A DNA stretch of 61,722 nt, the filler included, from Collodictyon triciliatum (taxonomy: Eukaryota): the NCBI GenBank assembly GCA_043381765.1. It is 6 parts of 6 records of this genome, joined end to end, with 100 filler letters (N's around TTAATTAATTAA, not from the genome) between each part and the next. Parts side by side here need not be neighbours in the genome. Positions count along the whole stretch, not along the records: positions 13,712 to 27,312 come from JBHJMP010001955.1; positions 27,413 to 41,016 come from JBHJMP010001956.1; 4 more parts are not named here. The stretch is one strand, 5' to 3'. The stretch's first letter is position 1. Each line of letters begins with the position of its first letter. A program made the position numbers and the translations under genes. The notes under the pieces were generated by a model that saw only the letters and a list, made by a program, of their open reading frames with translations, was not told where the DNA came from and did not search any database. Positions 24,401 through 37,527 of the stretch are shown one piece after another.

Positions 24401-27210
24401 TGTCTTTGACGCATTCAGATTGTACCATTTATTGACTCAAAATATTTACATTGAATTATATTGATGACATTTGTTATTTAAATTGCAGGATATAAAATTT
24501 AATTCAAAAAATGTACGTACTTCACTTTTATCATTCAATATAAATTATTTGATTTACTTTCATATAATAATATTTACAATTAAATTATGAAATAATTAAT
24601 AATAAAATAATAAAATCATGATGAAGTTCCTGATTATCAACTATTTCTCCACCACCCAGCTCCAAATAGCATCCACGCAAACGATGGCTAGCAAATCAAA
24701 GCCAAAACTCCTCCATATTGTACAAATCAAAAGGAACAATAGAAAAGTACAATGACATAAGATAAAATTTGATCGAATCATACTACATAATTAGCAAAAT
24801 ACCGGTGAAATATGACAGAAGAATATCATTCTCATTTGAAATATTTACAGAAATATTTATTATTCTATGTATGATTGATTAATTATCAATTATTATGACC
24901 TTAAGCTTTGAAATAAATGAGTTTCATTTAGAATAAATAAGAATTGATAGGGTCTACTTACAGAAGGAATCGCGTATGATCCTAAAAAATGCGAGTCGAA
25001 AATTCTCTAGTATGATGAAGTAAATTGAAATATGACCTATCCTAGAAAATTCGTAAATGGCTATTATAAATAGATTATGTTCGAATCCATCTTGATAAAA
25101 AAAACATTATCTAAACATTCTTTGTATGATAATTATATTGTGGCAGTTTTTCTTAATAAAACTTTAGTGTTGTTTAAATTCAATCATCCTGGTTTTTTTC
25201 CAAATTAGTTCCTTTTAATTAATATACCATCTATATTATCTATAACCTATTATAAATGTCGAAATGATTTACTAATGTTGCAAAAGAAATTATCACTCTT
25301 CTACTCATTATAAATACACCAAGGCGTCTCCTAGTTACGTTTTCTCTACCATGTCCACCAATCTCGCTCATTGTATGCAATAACCTTGTTGTACTTTGAA
25401 TCGGTAAGTTGGAATATTTTTACACCAGTATATAAATGCTAAGTCCTTAAAAGTGTATAATACTTATATCGTTGATTGGATTGTGGCTTTTTGTTAATGA
25501 TATAATGTTGAAAGAACGGACATATTCGAAATATTGTGATTTTTCTTATTTATATTTCCAATATTGAGATATATTATTAACTTTAAAAATTGAAATCTAT
25601 TTCTTGGGATTTTTCCAAAACAATAAAGTATACTTACCGATACAATCAGTATTTTTCTTGAAGAATTCGTGCTGATGGTCTGTCGATTGCTAATGTATGA
25701 TTAATATAAGGTATTTATAGATCAATTATTAAATCGTTTTTGAATTTGAACATATTGAATAAATAAAAAGAAATGTGATAGGGAGTATCAAGAATAGTAA
25801 ATGGATTGCCTGCAATTTGACAGTGAAGATTTAAGTATCCTAATTCCTCATTTATAGTGAGTATTCACCTGAAATCTACAATGTTTTGGGCCATATTAAT
25901 GTAAATTTAAAATGGATATAATGCTTAACAGATTAAATAAAAAAAACGCATTCTTCCAGAGGCCATAAAATGTTTAAAATAATTTTTACTATATAACCTT
26001 TTTCAGGTGATTAGATTCAGTCAAAAGAGATCCGGTTATAACATCCAAACATTTCCTCTCTTTTTGCCTACTGCATAACTATTTTATGTACCGAAAAGCA
26101 ACAAGGGTCATGTAGGCATTAGTTAATGCTGATATTTATGAAAAGAAAAAGAAAATATATCAAAATTAATTCTGATATGACCGATGGTTGATAGGATGAA
26201 AGAATCTCATTCAAAATCTTACGGCGAGATTTAGTATTAAACTTATTCATGAACAATCAGTGATGAAGAGCGGGCATTTAGCATTTCGTCGTCTGGTCCT
26301 GATAATAATCTTCCTGGAATAATATTTCGATAGAAATACTACTAATAGAAAAATCAAACAATAAATCTCAAAAATAGATGAGATATAGACTAGTAGAAAA
26401 AGACTAGGCATTTAGTAATCTCTTCACCATTAATATCTGAATTCCAAAAAACCGATTTCAGGACCGAATATAAAATTAAACAGATCAAAACAACTTATAT
26501 GATAGAATATGTCAGCCAAAAAAATTTAGCCAAAGCCTGCGTCTGTGATAATACATCAAAGTGCATGTTATGTAGTAGAAATAACAACCAAAGACCTAAT
26601 CGTCACCACATCCCTTTGGAAGCATCACGAACTACATAAGATTATGTTATAAGCTGCTGCTACTAACTATTAATAATCACTCTTCAGCTTAATATTTGAT
26701 CGTGAATATATAAACAAAAAAATGGGTATGGGTGAGGGAAGGTTGAGGTAAGCTCACACAAGGTGGGTGCATGTTCAACAATTCGCTGTAACAGGAAGTC
26801 TCTGTGCCCTGGACAATCACAGCTTTCCTTGCCTGCAATAGTTGTAAAAGGCAGAAGCCCGAACAACCTGTGCAGGATAGAGGAATGATTTAAATGCATA
26901 ACGATTTGAGTATGTAAATGATTTTTCTGGAAAGCATTGATCTTTGGTTAGTAACTTTCATAACACAGATAGTATGCAAGGCGTGAATGAAGCATATCAA
27001 ATAATTGCGATGGATAGACTCGCTCTTGCCCGTGCTTGTCTCTTCTCTTTGCTTTAACCTTTATCTGCTAGTATTCTGGATTATCCTATTTTCAAACAAT
27101 TTTTTATTTTTTTATTTCCAATGAAATAAAACGGCTTGTTTAGGGCATAACTTAGATTTTGTTTAAAAAGGCTTTTTGGTTTGAGGAAGTTTAAGTTATT
27201 TCTTATGTGA

Positions 27211-27217
27211 GTATGTA

Positions 27218-27302
<85 letters not shown>

Positions 27303-27312
27303 GTGTGTGTGT
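27211..27312. repeat. (GTATGT)n microsatellite
   Basis: Seen directly at the scaffold end. Confidence 0.97.
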
Positions 27313-27412
27313 NNNNNNNNNNNNNNNNNNNNNNNNNNNNNNNNNNNNNNNNNNNNTTAATTAATTAANNNNNNNNNNNNNNNNNNNNNNNNNNNNNNNN
27401 NNNNNNNNNNNN
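27313..27412. other. Artificial assembly spacer
   Basis: N run containing TTAATTAATTAA at 27357-27368. Confidence 0.97.
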
Positions 27413-27600
27413 AAAAAAAAAACACACAAAAAAAAAACACACATAAAAAAACACACATAAAAAAACACACATAAAAAAAACACACATAAAAAAAACACAC
27501 ATAAAAACAAAAAAAAACACATAAAAACACACACATAAACTCATAAAAAATACACATAAACTCACATAAAATACACATAATAAACACACATAAACTCATA
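27413..27600. repeat. Degenerate (A)nCACACAT repeat
   Basis: Seen directly; accounts for the spurious F/V/C-rich ORFs. Confidence 0.9.
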
Positions 27601-27751
27601 AAATGTCTGCGTTTTGAAAAAATAATGTAGCGAACCCAGTTCCACGGATTGTTTATTTTCTATTTTGTTTCACGCCTGCCTTATTTTCTGAGGAGAAAGA
27701 CTGTTACTGTATTAATTCGGGGGTCTAACGAAGTAACTGCCTTTGCCAGCG

Positions 27752-30700
27752 ATGGATCGACAAACGCCGAAGAAGCCGTCGGGGTCTCGCATTCCACCAC
27801 TTCTTCCGTCTATCCCACAAACCACATCATCTCAGAAGATAAACTCGGCTTCATCCGCACCCCGTGTAACATCGCCAAGTAATCGGTATTTTTAAGTTCC
27901 CTTTGTTTTCCCTCGTAATGATGTGCAGTTTAAGAATTGGAAATAAGTCAATTGGTCCATACTGTATCAACGGATTGGCCCATGGTACCTGTATGCTTTT
28001 TTTCAGATCATACTGCCTCGCAATATGCGTGATATAAGGCAGAGTTGAAATTAAGAAAACCCAATACGGTTAAAAATATTCTAAAAGATAAGAAAGATAA
28101 AAAAAAGATAAAGTTAAGTAAGGCTCATCCAATCATATTTTCGTTTGATTGCATGCCTTATTGTCGGTGACCATAGCTGTTTATCCCCTGAATGGCACAC
28201 AAAGAAATATTACCTACCCTTTTAACCAACTCGTGGTCGTTCTAATACAAAGCAAAATAAAAATAAATAAAATAAAAAATAAATATAAAACAAAAAAAGC
28301 AGAAAGTTTGAGAATTTAAACTTCTAAACACTGACTCGAGTTCCGTTCTCATACATCGTTCATGTTAACAAGATCAAAAATCGACTGACATAGGGGATTC
28401 TTATACTTTTATGCTTTTCTAAACTTGTCTCATCATTCTGAAAGCCATATTTTTGTACTATTTGCCCTTTAATTTACATCAGGGATGCTCCATATCGATC
28501 AACATATCTTCGTTCCATGACACCACCAAACGGAGGACGAGATAGCTTGCGTAATCTAAATTCGGTTCACGGTAAAAAAAGAATCATCTTCTGATTCAAT
28601 TAGTTAAAGTTTACCTCCTTCGCGAGTTAATAATTCACATCGCTATGAATAACAATAGGTCGCGGGAGTAAGCCTGACTTCGTTGGTGATGTAATTGACA
28701 TTGAAAGAGCTTTAGAGCAGGTTTGTTTGGGTATGTTTGCCTGTGATGCGTACAGATGCTCTTAGAACGTACACCTAATGCTCAATATTCTATATCATAT
28801 AAGTATTATAAAAAGTTTCTTAAAGGGTAAAGTGTTAAAATGCAAATTAGATTCAACAACAAAAAATTGCAAATGTGCAACTTCGAGAAGAGCGGACTCA
28901 GCTGCAAACAAAAGTCTATCGCCTAGAGACTGAAGTCAAGAAACTAACCAAGGTGGAAATTCCCTTTCCTCCATTAGGCGAATCTGCCCAATGCGTCCTT
29001 GTATTTTTATTTTGAAATGGTTGAGCCCTTCTGTTGGTGCTCATATTTCTTGGAGATATTGAGCAAAGCTTGACTATAATCAATTAATTTCAAGAAATTG
29101 AAGTCGCTGGGTAAAAACCAAGGCAGTGGGATTCCAGACAGCGATGAAGAAAAAGCAGGTACAGAATTTAAAAAATAATAAATAAAAACCAAAATAATAA
29201 ATAAATAAACAAAGAAACAAAGAAACAATCAAATTATTGTCCACAATTGTACCGCACCAATAATCTATAGAGCCTTATTTTGAGCTGTAGTCGCAGATGA
29301 AAAGCTGACCTTTTGTCATCATTACCCTTTGTATATTTCATGATGGACAAGACTCCGCCGAGAGAATCATACAGACGAAAGAGAAATCAACACAAACAGA
29401 ACTCACCCCAACACCCCCGAAGCCAAAGGGAGGGAAACCTGAAAAGAAAGCAAGCGAAGATAAAGAATCACAAGAGCTAGCCAGCAAGCCAGCAGAAGAA
29501 AATACACCCAATATTAAGACATTTGATGGTCATCTGTCTGGGCTTAAAGCAAAGGTATATCAAATGTCATCTTTATTATTAAATAATATCTAAAATGGTT
29601 TAGATAATCATAATTTATCCTCTATTTAACCCCTACCATCAATATTTTATTGAATAAAGAAAGAAATATTACACACGGAAATATCAACCAGAAAGGCTCC
29701 TATTTTATCTAGATAAAAGAATTCCAGGAGTTTTTGCAGACAAGCGAGGACACAAGGAAGAATCAAATCTCATCTGTTCTGAATGATCTTTCTTATCAGT
29801 TAGACACGAATTCAGAGGTCATCAATTGTCTAATTCAGAACATAAACATCTACTTCTTTTTTTTTTTAGTATGCCTTTGTATATGTCCATGAATATTATG
29901 GCGACAATACTTTGAATCGAATGAAGGGAAAAAAATTATGGCGACAATACTAAAAAAAAATGGAATAACTATCGGGAGTATAGTTGCATATCGCGCAATC
30001 CTCTCCTGCAAATATGCCCAGAGTCAGGAATATTGCCCGTTTGACCCATCAAATATCCAAAGTATTCCGAGATCCACTAAGCAAACCCAACAGCCCATTC
30101 CTGGATGCAAAATCAAGTCCGAATCCTTTGGGCCTTCTCAAGCCAAAAATGCCGACTTCCTTTCTGTTCAGCTCCAGCCCTAATCTTGTGCTTCCACAGG
30201 CAAAGCGGATGGTGCATACTTTATATATATATATTATTTTATTATGTGAAGTGCATTATTGTTTTGAATCATACGCGCCTCGATTCTACCCAAGAAATAA
30301 TAATGATGGGAATAAAACATAGTTTGCACCCTAAGCTTACATTTATCATACATCTTTACATGCAAACCGAAGGCTGGGATCGAGGAACACACCGAAATCG
30401 CAGTTGCTGGCTCCGCACAAGAAAAGAATCGAAGCATAATGGAAGGTAGTTTTGTCTGAGTGATCTCTGCACATGCTTTTCATTGTTTTTTTTTTTGGAA
30501 ATGTAATTTTTATATGATACTGTTATTATTGTTAATTTTGCCACCATAATTATTTATTGTTATATGCATTATCTTCACATAACCTACAACCCGGACGATT
30601 TTTGGTTCTAGAGCTGTTAAATACATAAGGTTCACTATACCTTACATACTTTCTGAACCAAAAGGCATTTCCCTGGCTGAGTCGTCATATGACGAGTTTG

Positions 30701-33700
30701 GGACGTGGTGGAAAAAGCAGCCATCCCATCTCCACTGGGACATTGCCCAAGAGCTCTTTTATGTCATCAAAGGAAGCAACAAGGTCTTTGAGATGACTAC
30801 AAAAATCACCTTCTCCCAAACAATTGCAGAGGTCGTCTCCAAATACAAAGAAGGATGCAGCGAAATCGTCTCATCAGAGGCAACATACATCTTTATGATA
30901 CAAGGAGAGAGCCAGCTGTCGATCTTCATGGAGACCCAGAACGAAGATGTAAGGAATATGAATCCACTCTCGACATCATATGTAATACAATGATGAGTCA
31001 TGGTAGCATACAGAAGTTTTAATTTTGTTTTTATTCATAAAAAAGAAGACAAAACCAAAGACAAAACAAAACTAAAAACAAAAACAAAAACGAAAACAAA
31101 GCATCAAAACGATGATTATGATAAAACTGTTCATGTCCTACAAGAGTGATATTTGCAAAATAATCTACAATATCCATATCACATCCGCTACCGTGCACAC
31201 TCCCAGGACTTCCCGGTCATCACGATAGGAAAGGGCATCATCGGAAAGGCAGTGAGCAACGGAGAGACTGTCATAGTAGACGACGTACTAGAGCATGCAA
31301 ACTATGACGGACGCAGCGACAGGGTAAGAGATTGACCCATAGGACGATAGAATACATTTTTAATCTACAGCGATTGAATGCAAAGAGCCAGAAAAGAGAA
31401 GACAGGAGACTGGAAAGTGTGAGGAGTACTGAATGACTCTACAGATACCAGGAATGACACTGGAAAGCATGTTGATAGTACCACTTGCAGACCGGAGCGG
31501 ACAGGTATATGCGGCAGCCGTAGCATGCAACAAGACGCAAGGAAAGTTCGAAGAAGAAGACGAGGTACTGATGCAAGCGCTCTCGGACCTACTGAGCAAC
31601 TGTCTACAACAATTCAAGCTACTCGAACGCACACAACGAGCGCAACAACGAAACAAGGTAAATCCCATTAAATTAATATGTTCGCCTTTCATCTTACTTG
31701 ATAGTTCTTGGCAAATGTAGCCTGACAGTGATAATGCTATATTAATTCGCCTCATTTTCATACAGGCAATCAGCGAGGTGCTAAAAGTAGTGCAGAATCA
31801 CTCACTCCCTGTTGACGATGTTGTGTCCAAAGTAATAGAAGTTACTTACGAAACTCTCAATGTCGATAGAGTCTCCCTCTTTCTTGTTGACAACATCACA
31901 AGAGAGCTTTTGCTTAAAGTCAGCAAAGACAAAGCCACGATTAGATTGCCAATGGGTGTTGGGATAGCTGGTATGTGCTTTTCATTGAAAAGAAGAACGT
32001 GAGATACTTATATGTCATCAAACGTGCTTGTGAAAAGGCGAATGCGCCAAATCACTCTATTCTCCACTTCCAGGGACTGTCGCGGAGACTGGTGAGGTAA
32101 TCAACATTCGTGATGCATACAAGGACCCGAGATTCGACCAGCAGTTCGATAAGAAATCAGGGTATCGCGAGTATTTAATTTCATTGTAGACATAACGAGA
32201 TATATGTATGCATTATTTCAATAGTCCGATACTCACGGAGCTATAGCCGTAATCAAAGACAAAGTATGAATTGAGGTTTGAATTTTTGTGCGAGATAGGA
32301 TAATATTTGAACGCGCATTAGGTACCGAACGCGAACCATCCTGTGTCTACCAATTATTGGAACAAATAAGAAACCTGTCGCTGTCATGCAAGTGTGTCTG
32401 ATATCTATACATTGAAAAATTGCTGTATTAGAAAATACTATGCCTCAAGATTTTGAACATCAGCACCTCTCACAAAACATTCCAACTAAATCCATTTATT
32501 TAGTTGATAAACAAGAAATCAGGTTTCTTTACGAAAGATGACGAAGAGTTGATGATAACTTTCACTGGAGAAGCTGCTTCGGCTATTCAGCGCAAGGGTA
32601 TTGAAACAGCGTACCAGAATCTGACGACAAANNNNNNNNNNNNNNNNNNNNNNNNNNNNNNNNNNNNNNNNNNNNNNNNNNNNNNNNNNNNNNNNNNNNN
32701 NNNNNNNNNNNNNNNNNNNNNNNNNNNNNNNNNNNNNNNNNNNNNNNNNNNNNNNNNNNNNNNNNNNNNNNNNNNNNNNNNNNNNNNNNNNNNNNNNNNN
32801 NNNNNNNNNNNNNNNNNNNNNNNNNNNNNNNNNNNNNNNNNNNNNNNNNNNNNNNNNNNNNNNNNNNNNNNNNNNNNNNNNNNNNNNNNNNNNNNNNNNN
32901 NNNNNNNNNNNNNNNNNNNNNNNNNNNNNNNNNNNNNNNNNNNNNNNNNNNNNNNNNNNNNNNNNNNNNNNNNNNNNNNNNNNNNNNNNNNNNNNNNNNN
33001 NNNNACAGATATGATGAACATGATAATATCAGGTTTTGATGCACTGGACCTAATCAACCAATACCGCATCGAGCGTCAAACATTGGTCAACTTCCTGGAT
33101 GTCATCCGCACCAACTACAACAAGAACCCATACCACAACTTCATCCATGCGTNNNNNNNNNNNNNNNNNNNNNNNNNNNNNNNNNNNNNNNNNNNNNNNN
33201 NNNNNNNNNNNNNNNNNNNNNNNNNNNNNNNNNNNNNNNNNNNNNNNNNNNNNNNNNNNNNNNNNNNNNNNNNNNNNNNNNNNNNNNNNNNNNNNNNNNN
33301 NNNNNNNNNNNNNNNNNNNNNNNNNNNNNNNNNNNNNNNNNNNNNNNNNNNNNNNNNNNNNNNNNNNNNNNNNNNNNNNNNNNNNNNNNNNNNNNNNNNN
33401 NNNNNNNNNNNNNNNNNNNNNNNNNNNNNNNNNNNNNNNNNNNNNNNNNNNNNNNNNNNNNNNNNNNNNNNNNNNNNNNNNNNNNNNNNNNNNNNNNNNN
33501 NNNNNNNNNNNNNNNNNNNNNCACCCCTCGCCATCCTCTACAACGACGCATCGGTGCTAGAGAACCACCACAGCTCCTTGGCATTCCAAATCCTCAAGGA
33601 GACAAACTCAAACATTCTATCGGGACTGAGCGACGCAGAGCGGACCGAGCTTCGCAAGACAGTCATCCCAGCGATTCTAGCAACAGACATGTCCGAGCAC

Positions 33701-34300
33701 GCCAAGATGACTACAAGTCTATCTCTGCATAACAACACGTTCGACCGAGACAAGAAAGAAGACCGGCAGTTTCTCATCAACATCGTGCTTCACAGCAGCG
33801 ACCTTTGCAACCCGGTACTACCCAACAAAGTATCGTACGAGTGGGCCAGCCGCGTACTAGAAGAGTTCAACCAACAGGTATGTCACAAGCGGTCTATAGA
33901 AGAGAGGCTCGAGTATCTAATCGATGATGTACTGACGACAATATATGGGATGCAGGCAAGGAAAGAGAAAGAGCTATCGCTACCAGTAACAGCGATGATG
34001 GAGAAGAGCGACGAAGTAAGATATGATATGATATGATATGATATGATAAGAGGAGAGGAGAATGAAGACGTTTCAGATTGTGACTTCAGATAAGCCGTCA
34101 CTGTATCTACATTTGATATGGGTGTATGTTTGGTATAGGTATCCAAAGCGAATCTCAACATCGGATTCATCCGGTACGTGGTAAGGCCACTATGGTCACG
34201 GCTCGCGGAGATATTCAACGAGCTTGGCGAATGTGTAGAGCGGATGGACGAGAATGTCAAAACATGGGAGAAGATAATAACCGAGTCCAAGAATCAGTAA
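27752..34300 (+). CDS. Class I 3',5'-cyclic nucleotide phosphodiesterase with two GAF domains and a long coiled/low-complexity N-terminus (multi-exon, two sequence gaps)
   Basis: GAF-A: IGKGIIGKAVSNGETVIVDD...ESMLIVPL...CNKTQGKFEEEDE. GAF-B: DRVSLFLVD...GVGIAG|TVAETGEVINIRDAYKDPRFD...GYRTRTILCLP...INKKSGFFTKDDE. Catalytic motifs: NPYHNFIHA, SVLENHH, ILATDM, HSSDLCNP, EEFNQQ, IGFI. Stop TAA at 34298-34300. The ATG at 27752 and the earliest exons are less certain. Confidence 0.9.
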
Positions 34301-35308
34301 GAGAGAGCCGATGAGACACGGCACACAAAAGAGTGAGGAATATGTTTAAGGAGGGATATAGTTCAATGGAGGGAGGTCGATGACAAACGCAGAGTCACGA
34401 CGCAATCAACATACAAAATCAACAAATACACAAAATGAACACATAAACAAAATCATAAATCATCTCTGGCGAAAACGAAGAAATGTAGATATATTTAACA
34501 CTTTGGTGTATATGGATGTTGAATCAGCCGACTATACAAAACGCACACATATATATATATATATGAAGAGTCACTAACGGCAGTGTTTTCTGTCTCCCTA
34601 GTACAATAGACAGCTCAATGCACATATGCGATGATTTTTTTTATTCTTAATCTCCACAGATACCGATTCATAGAGTTTGCACGGCTACAAAAGCGCAGTG
34701 AGAATATACTTTGTATGTAATGAGAGTAGGTAAAATTGGTTGGGTATCATGGGGCATCGAGATTGTAGTAGATTTGTGTGCATGACAGCAAAGTCACTCA
34801 GGAAGCAGGCGCAAGGAAATGGCGTGATAAGAAAAGAATTCGAAGTGATATGCCGATAGAACAAGAGTCGTGCATAGTGGGCGGTGATGATGATGATGAT
34901 GATGGTGGTGGTGATGATGGTGATGACGAGCCGAATTGCAGTTTCTAGAGCAGAAAGCAATCGTGTGGGGATACCTGCATCTTTTTCGGGGCAGAAAACA
35001 TCAGGGATGCAACAGAATCATTCGCCACATATGCACGATAGACCAGGAGCATGAAAACAGGTTTATTTTAGGAGAACAAAGGTAAACCACTTTTCTCTTG
35101 CTATGAATGAATTATGGAGCCAGAACCAACATCGATTACATAATAGCATAGGACAAGAAAAAGGAAAAATCTAAGCACATTCGGTCGGAATTTATTCTGT
35201 TATGGGTGAATTCTCCTCTTTATTCTTTTATAAGTTATCAAAAGAGGGATTTGAATGAATCTATGGAGAGACACGAAATTGAGAGGATATGAAAGTCTGA
35301 TTACGGTT

Positions 35309-37231
35309 TTAGATTCGATTCCCATTTTTACGCAAAATCGAAGGATTTTATCTGTCCCCACATTTCAGTCCAGCGTTTACTCTCTTCTTCAATACGCACA
35401 CCCATGACAGGAACAGGAGACTTTCGAACGGTCGAGAAGAACTCGCTTTTTGTGGAGAGATTCAGTTCCATATTTTTTTAATCGTCATCCATATGGGCGA
35501 ATAGACAAATGAATGATTGCCAAACCTTCTGAAGACGGCATGCTTGGCGGAGCGTGAGCGACTTCCTAAGACGATGAGATCAAAGTTGCTTCCAAAACTA
35601 CAGAGATGACCAGCCACAGTTTCACCCTCTGGCAAATCAATGTGTGAACACAGATACTTCACAGACTGGTGCGTCAGTATTTTCAACCCGCTCTCAAGAA
35701 CTTCCTGTTAATGAAAGAAGGATTACATCTTACGCATGTGCAAAAGAGTGCAATAACTTTCTTCCTTAAATATGAAGCAAAATTGGGTATTTAGAATGAC
35801 ATTAAAGATATTATCCTTTTTTCTTTTTTTGTCATCGTACCTCAAAAGGCCTAGCATTTTCTGCACGAGGATTGAAGACATAGACAAGACTAACAACTCC
35901 ATCAAGTAGTCGAGCTAATCTGTTGCAGATATTTTGCCAGCAAAATATTTCAGAAAACAACAATCATATACTTAAAATAATAAACTCCATGTTACTAGTA
36001 GAACAGAGGAATTTGATATGTAGAGCGAAGAGAATCATACTCGACTGCCTGGAATAGAGCGGATATGCTTGCGGCACTATCGTTGTAAGCAACCATGATG
36101 CGAAACGGGGAAGGGAGTTCGGGGATGGCCTTTGGGATTTCTCCCAGGTATCTGACCGCGATAACGGGAAGGTCGGTTGTTTCAATCACCGATTTAGTCA
36201 AAGAAGTGTGCTGTTTGGCAAGGAAATTTATATTTAAAGGGTTATCGAAAAGTAATCACACGGCATGTCAGGAATGAGATTGAAAATGTCTTGCCAAGAT
36301 GTGGATTAAGTTACTTGAAAGACGCGATCCAACTTCGACCGGTCGGCTGTTCCAATGACAATTAGATTAGACATGGAACGGTAAGCGATGGAAACAATAC
36401 ATTCCCTGACAGATATGAAGCTTGCCAGCTCCAGAGAGAATGCAATTCCATTCTTTTTCAGCTAATATTCACAAATATATGTATATATGCAGAGAGATAT
36501 TAGTGATAAACTTAAACTGAATCCATAATCACATTCATATGATTATTTTGGGGTTTCAGGCATTCATTTCCAACCTTCTTTTTGCATCTATCCAAAAGTG
36601 CGCGACCATCTTGAAGCTCTTCCCAACATCGTCGGCCATACTTTAGTTGGTCAACTTTTTGGACTTTATCTAGGAATGAAAGTTCAGGGTCTGTATCATT
36701 CGGAAATTGTTGCAGGCAGTGCAGAACATGAATGACTCCGTGTGTTCTCTAAAAGGTGATTCATTATTATTTGTTATCATAATTGTTGGAATTATTTTAA
36801 CGTATTACTTACAAATTAAGAGTACAGGACATGAGACAGAGATAAAAAAAAGAAGAAGAAGAAAGAATCGCAATATAATAACAGCCAAATAAAGTGTAAT
36901 ATATACATAATCTCTACAAACCAAAAAATGGTTTGTTGTTTGTTGTTTGTTTTTTTTTAAAAAAAAAAACTGTGGAGTGAAACTCAAGTAAAAACATCGG
37001 AACTTTGGCAACAAGAAATAACAACGCGAAATAAATAAGCACCTTTGCCAAACCCAAGGCATACATGAAACCATACGCGCTGACTGGGTTATTTGATATC
37101 GGCACAAGGATGCGGAATGGACGAGGGACACCATCCGGTCCCGAAAGGCTGGTTGTTTCGTTGGCTTTCTTTTTACTTGGGAGTTCACCCATGCGATTTG
37201 CGAGTTCCAGCGTTGCATCAGCTGCAGACAT
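35309..37231 (-). CDS. Tandem universal stress protein (two UspA domains), multi-exon
   Basis: Two USP N-terminal strands (PFRILVPISNNPVSAYGFMYAL; PFRIMVAYNDSAASISALFQAV), two LIVIG/LIVLGSRS motifs and two C-terminal PV motifs (TTDLPVIAVR; RKSPVPVMGVR). Most junctions checked splice in frame with GT-AG. Confidence 0.82.
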
Positions 37232-37379
37232 CTATTAAAGCCAAAAAGCGATCGTGTGAGAAAGGGAAGCAGTTCAGCTTTTCTTTATATTGATTAAAGA
37301 AAAGACATTATGGGGTTAGAAAAGAAAAAGAAAAAGAAAAAGAGAGGAGAAGAGAGAAAAGAGAAAAGAGAAAGGGAAA

Positions 37380-37440
37380 GGGAAAGGAAAGGAAAGGAAA
37401 GGAAAGGAAAGGAAAGGAAAGGAAAGGAAAGGAAAGGGAA
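37380..37440. repeat. (GGAAA)n microsatellite
   Basis: Seen directly. Confidence 0.95.
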
Positions 37441-37527
37441 GAGATGAAAAAGAAACTGTAAGATAATTAGAGATGCGCTCCGATCGCTTCATTCAAGCGC
37501 CTTCCTCTCTCCACCACCACCTGTTTC

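Noticed and set aside
26256-26304. GTGATGA...CTGA as a possible C/D snoRNA
   Set aside because: Only ~45 nt, with no recognisable rRNA-antisense guide or independent terminal stem.
26684-26899. DCPGHRDF in a short minus ORF, resembling a translational GTPase G3 motif
   Set aside because: Flanking residues do not fit and no P-loop or NKxD exon was found; probably chance.
29895-29951. 17-bp direct repeat ATTATGGCGACAATACT, 40 nt apart, in a PDE intron
   Set aside because: Two copies only; a local duplication with no element features.
34790-34950. Possible poly-His exon (H13) on the minus strand
   Set aside because: Mixed CAT/CAC microsatellite between two convergent 3' ends, with no linkage to a supported gene.
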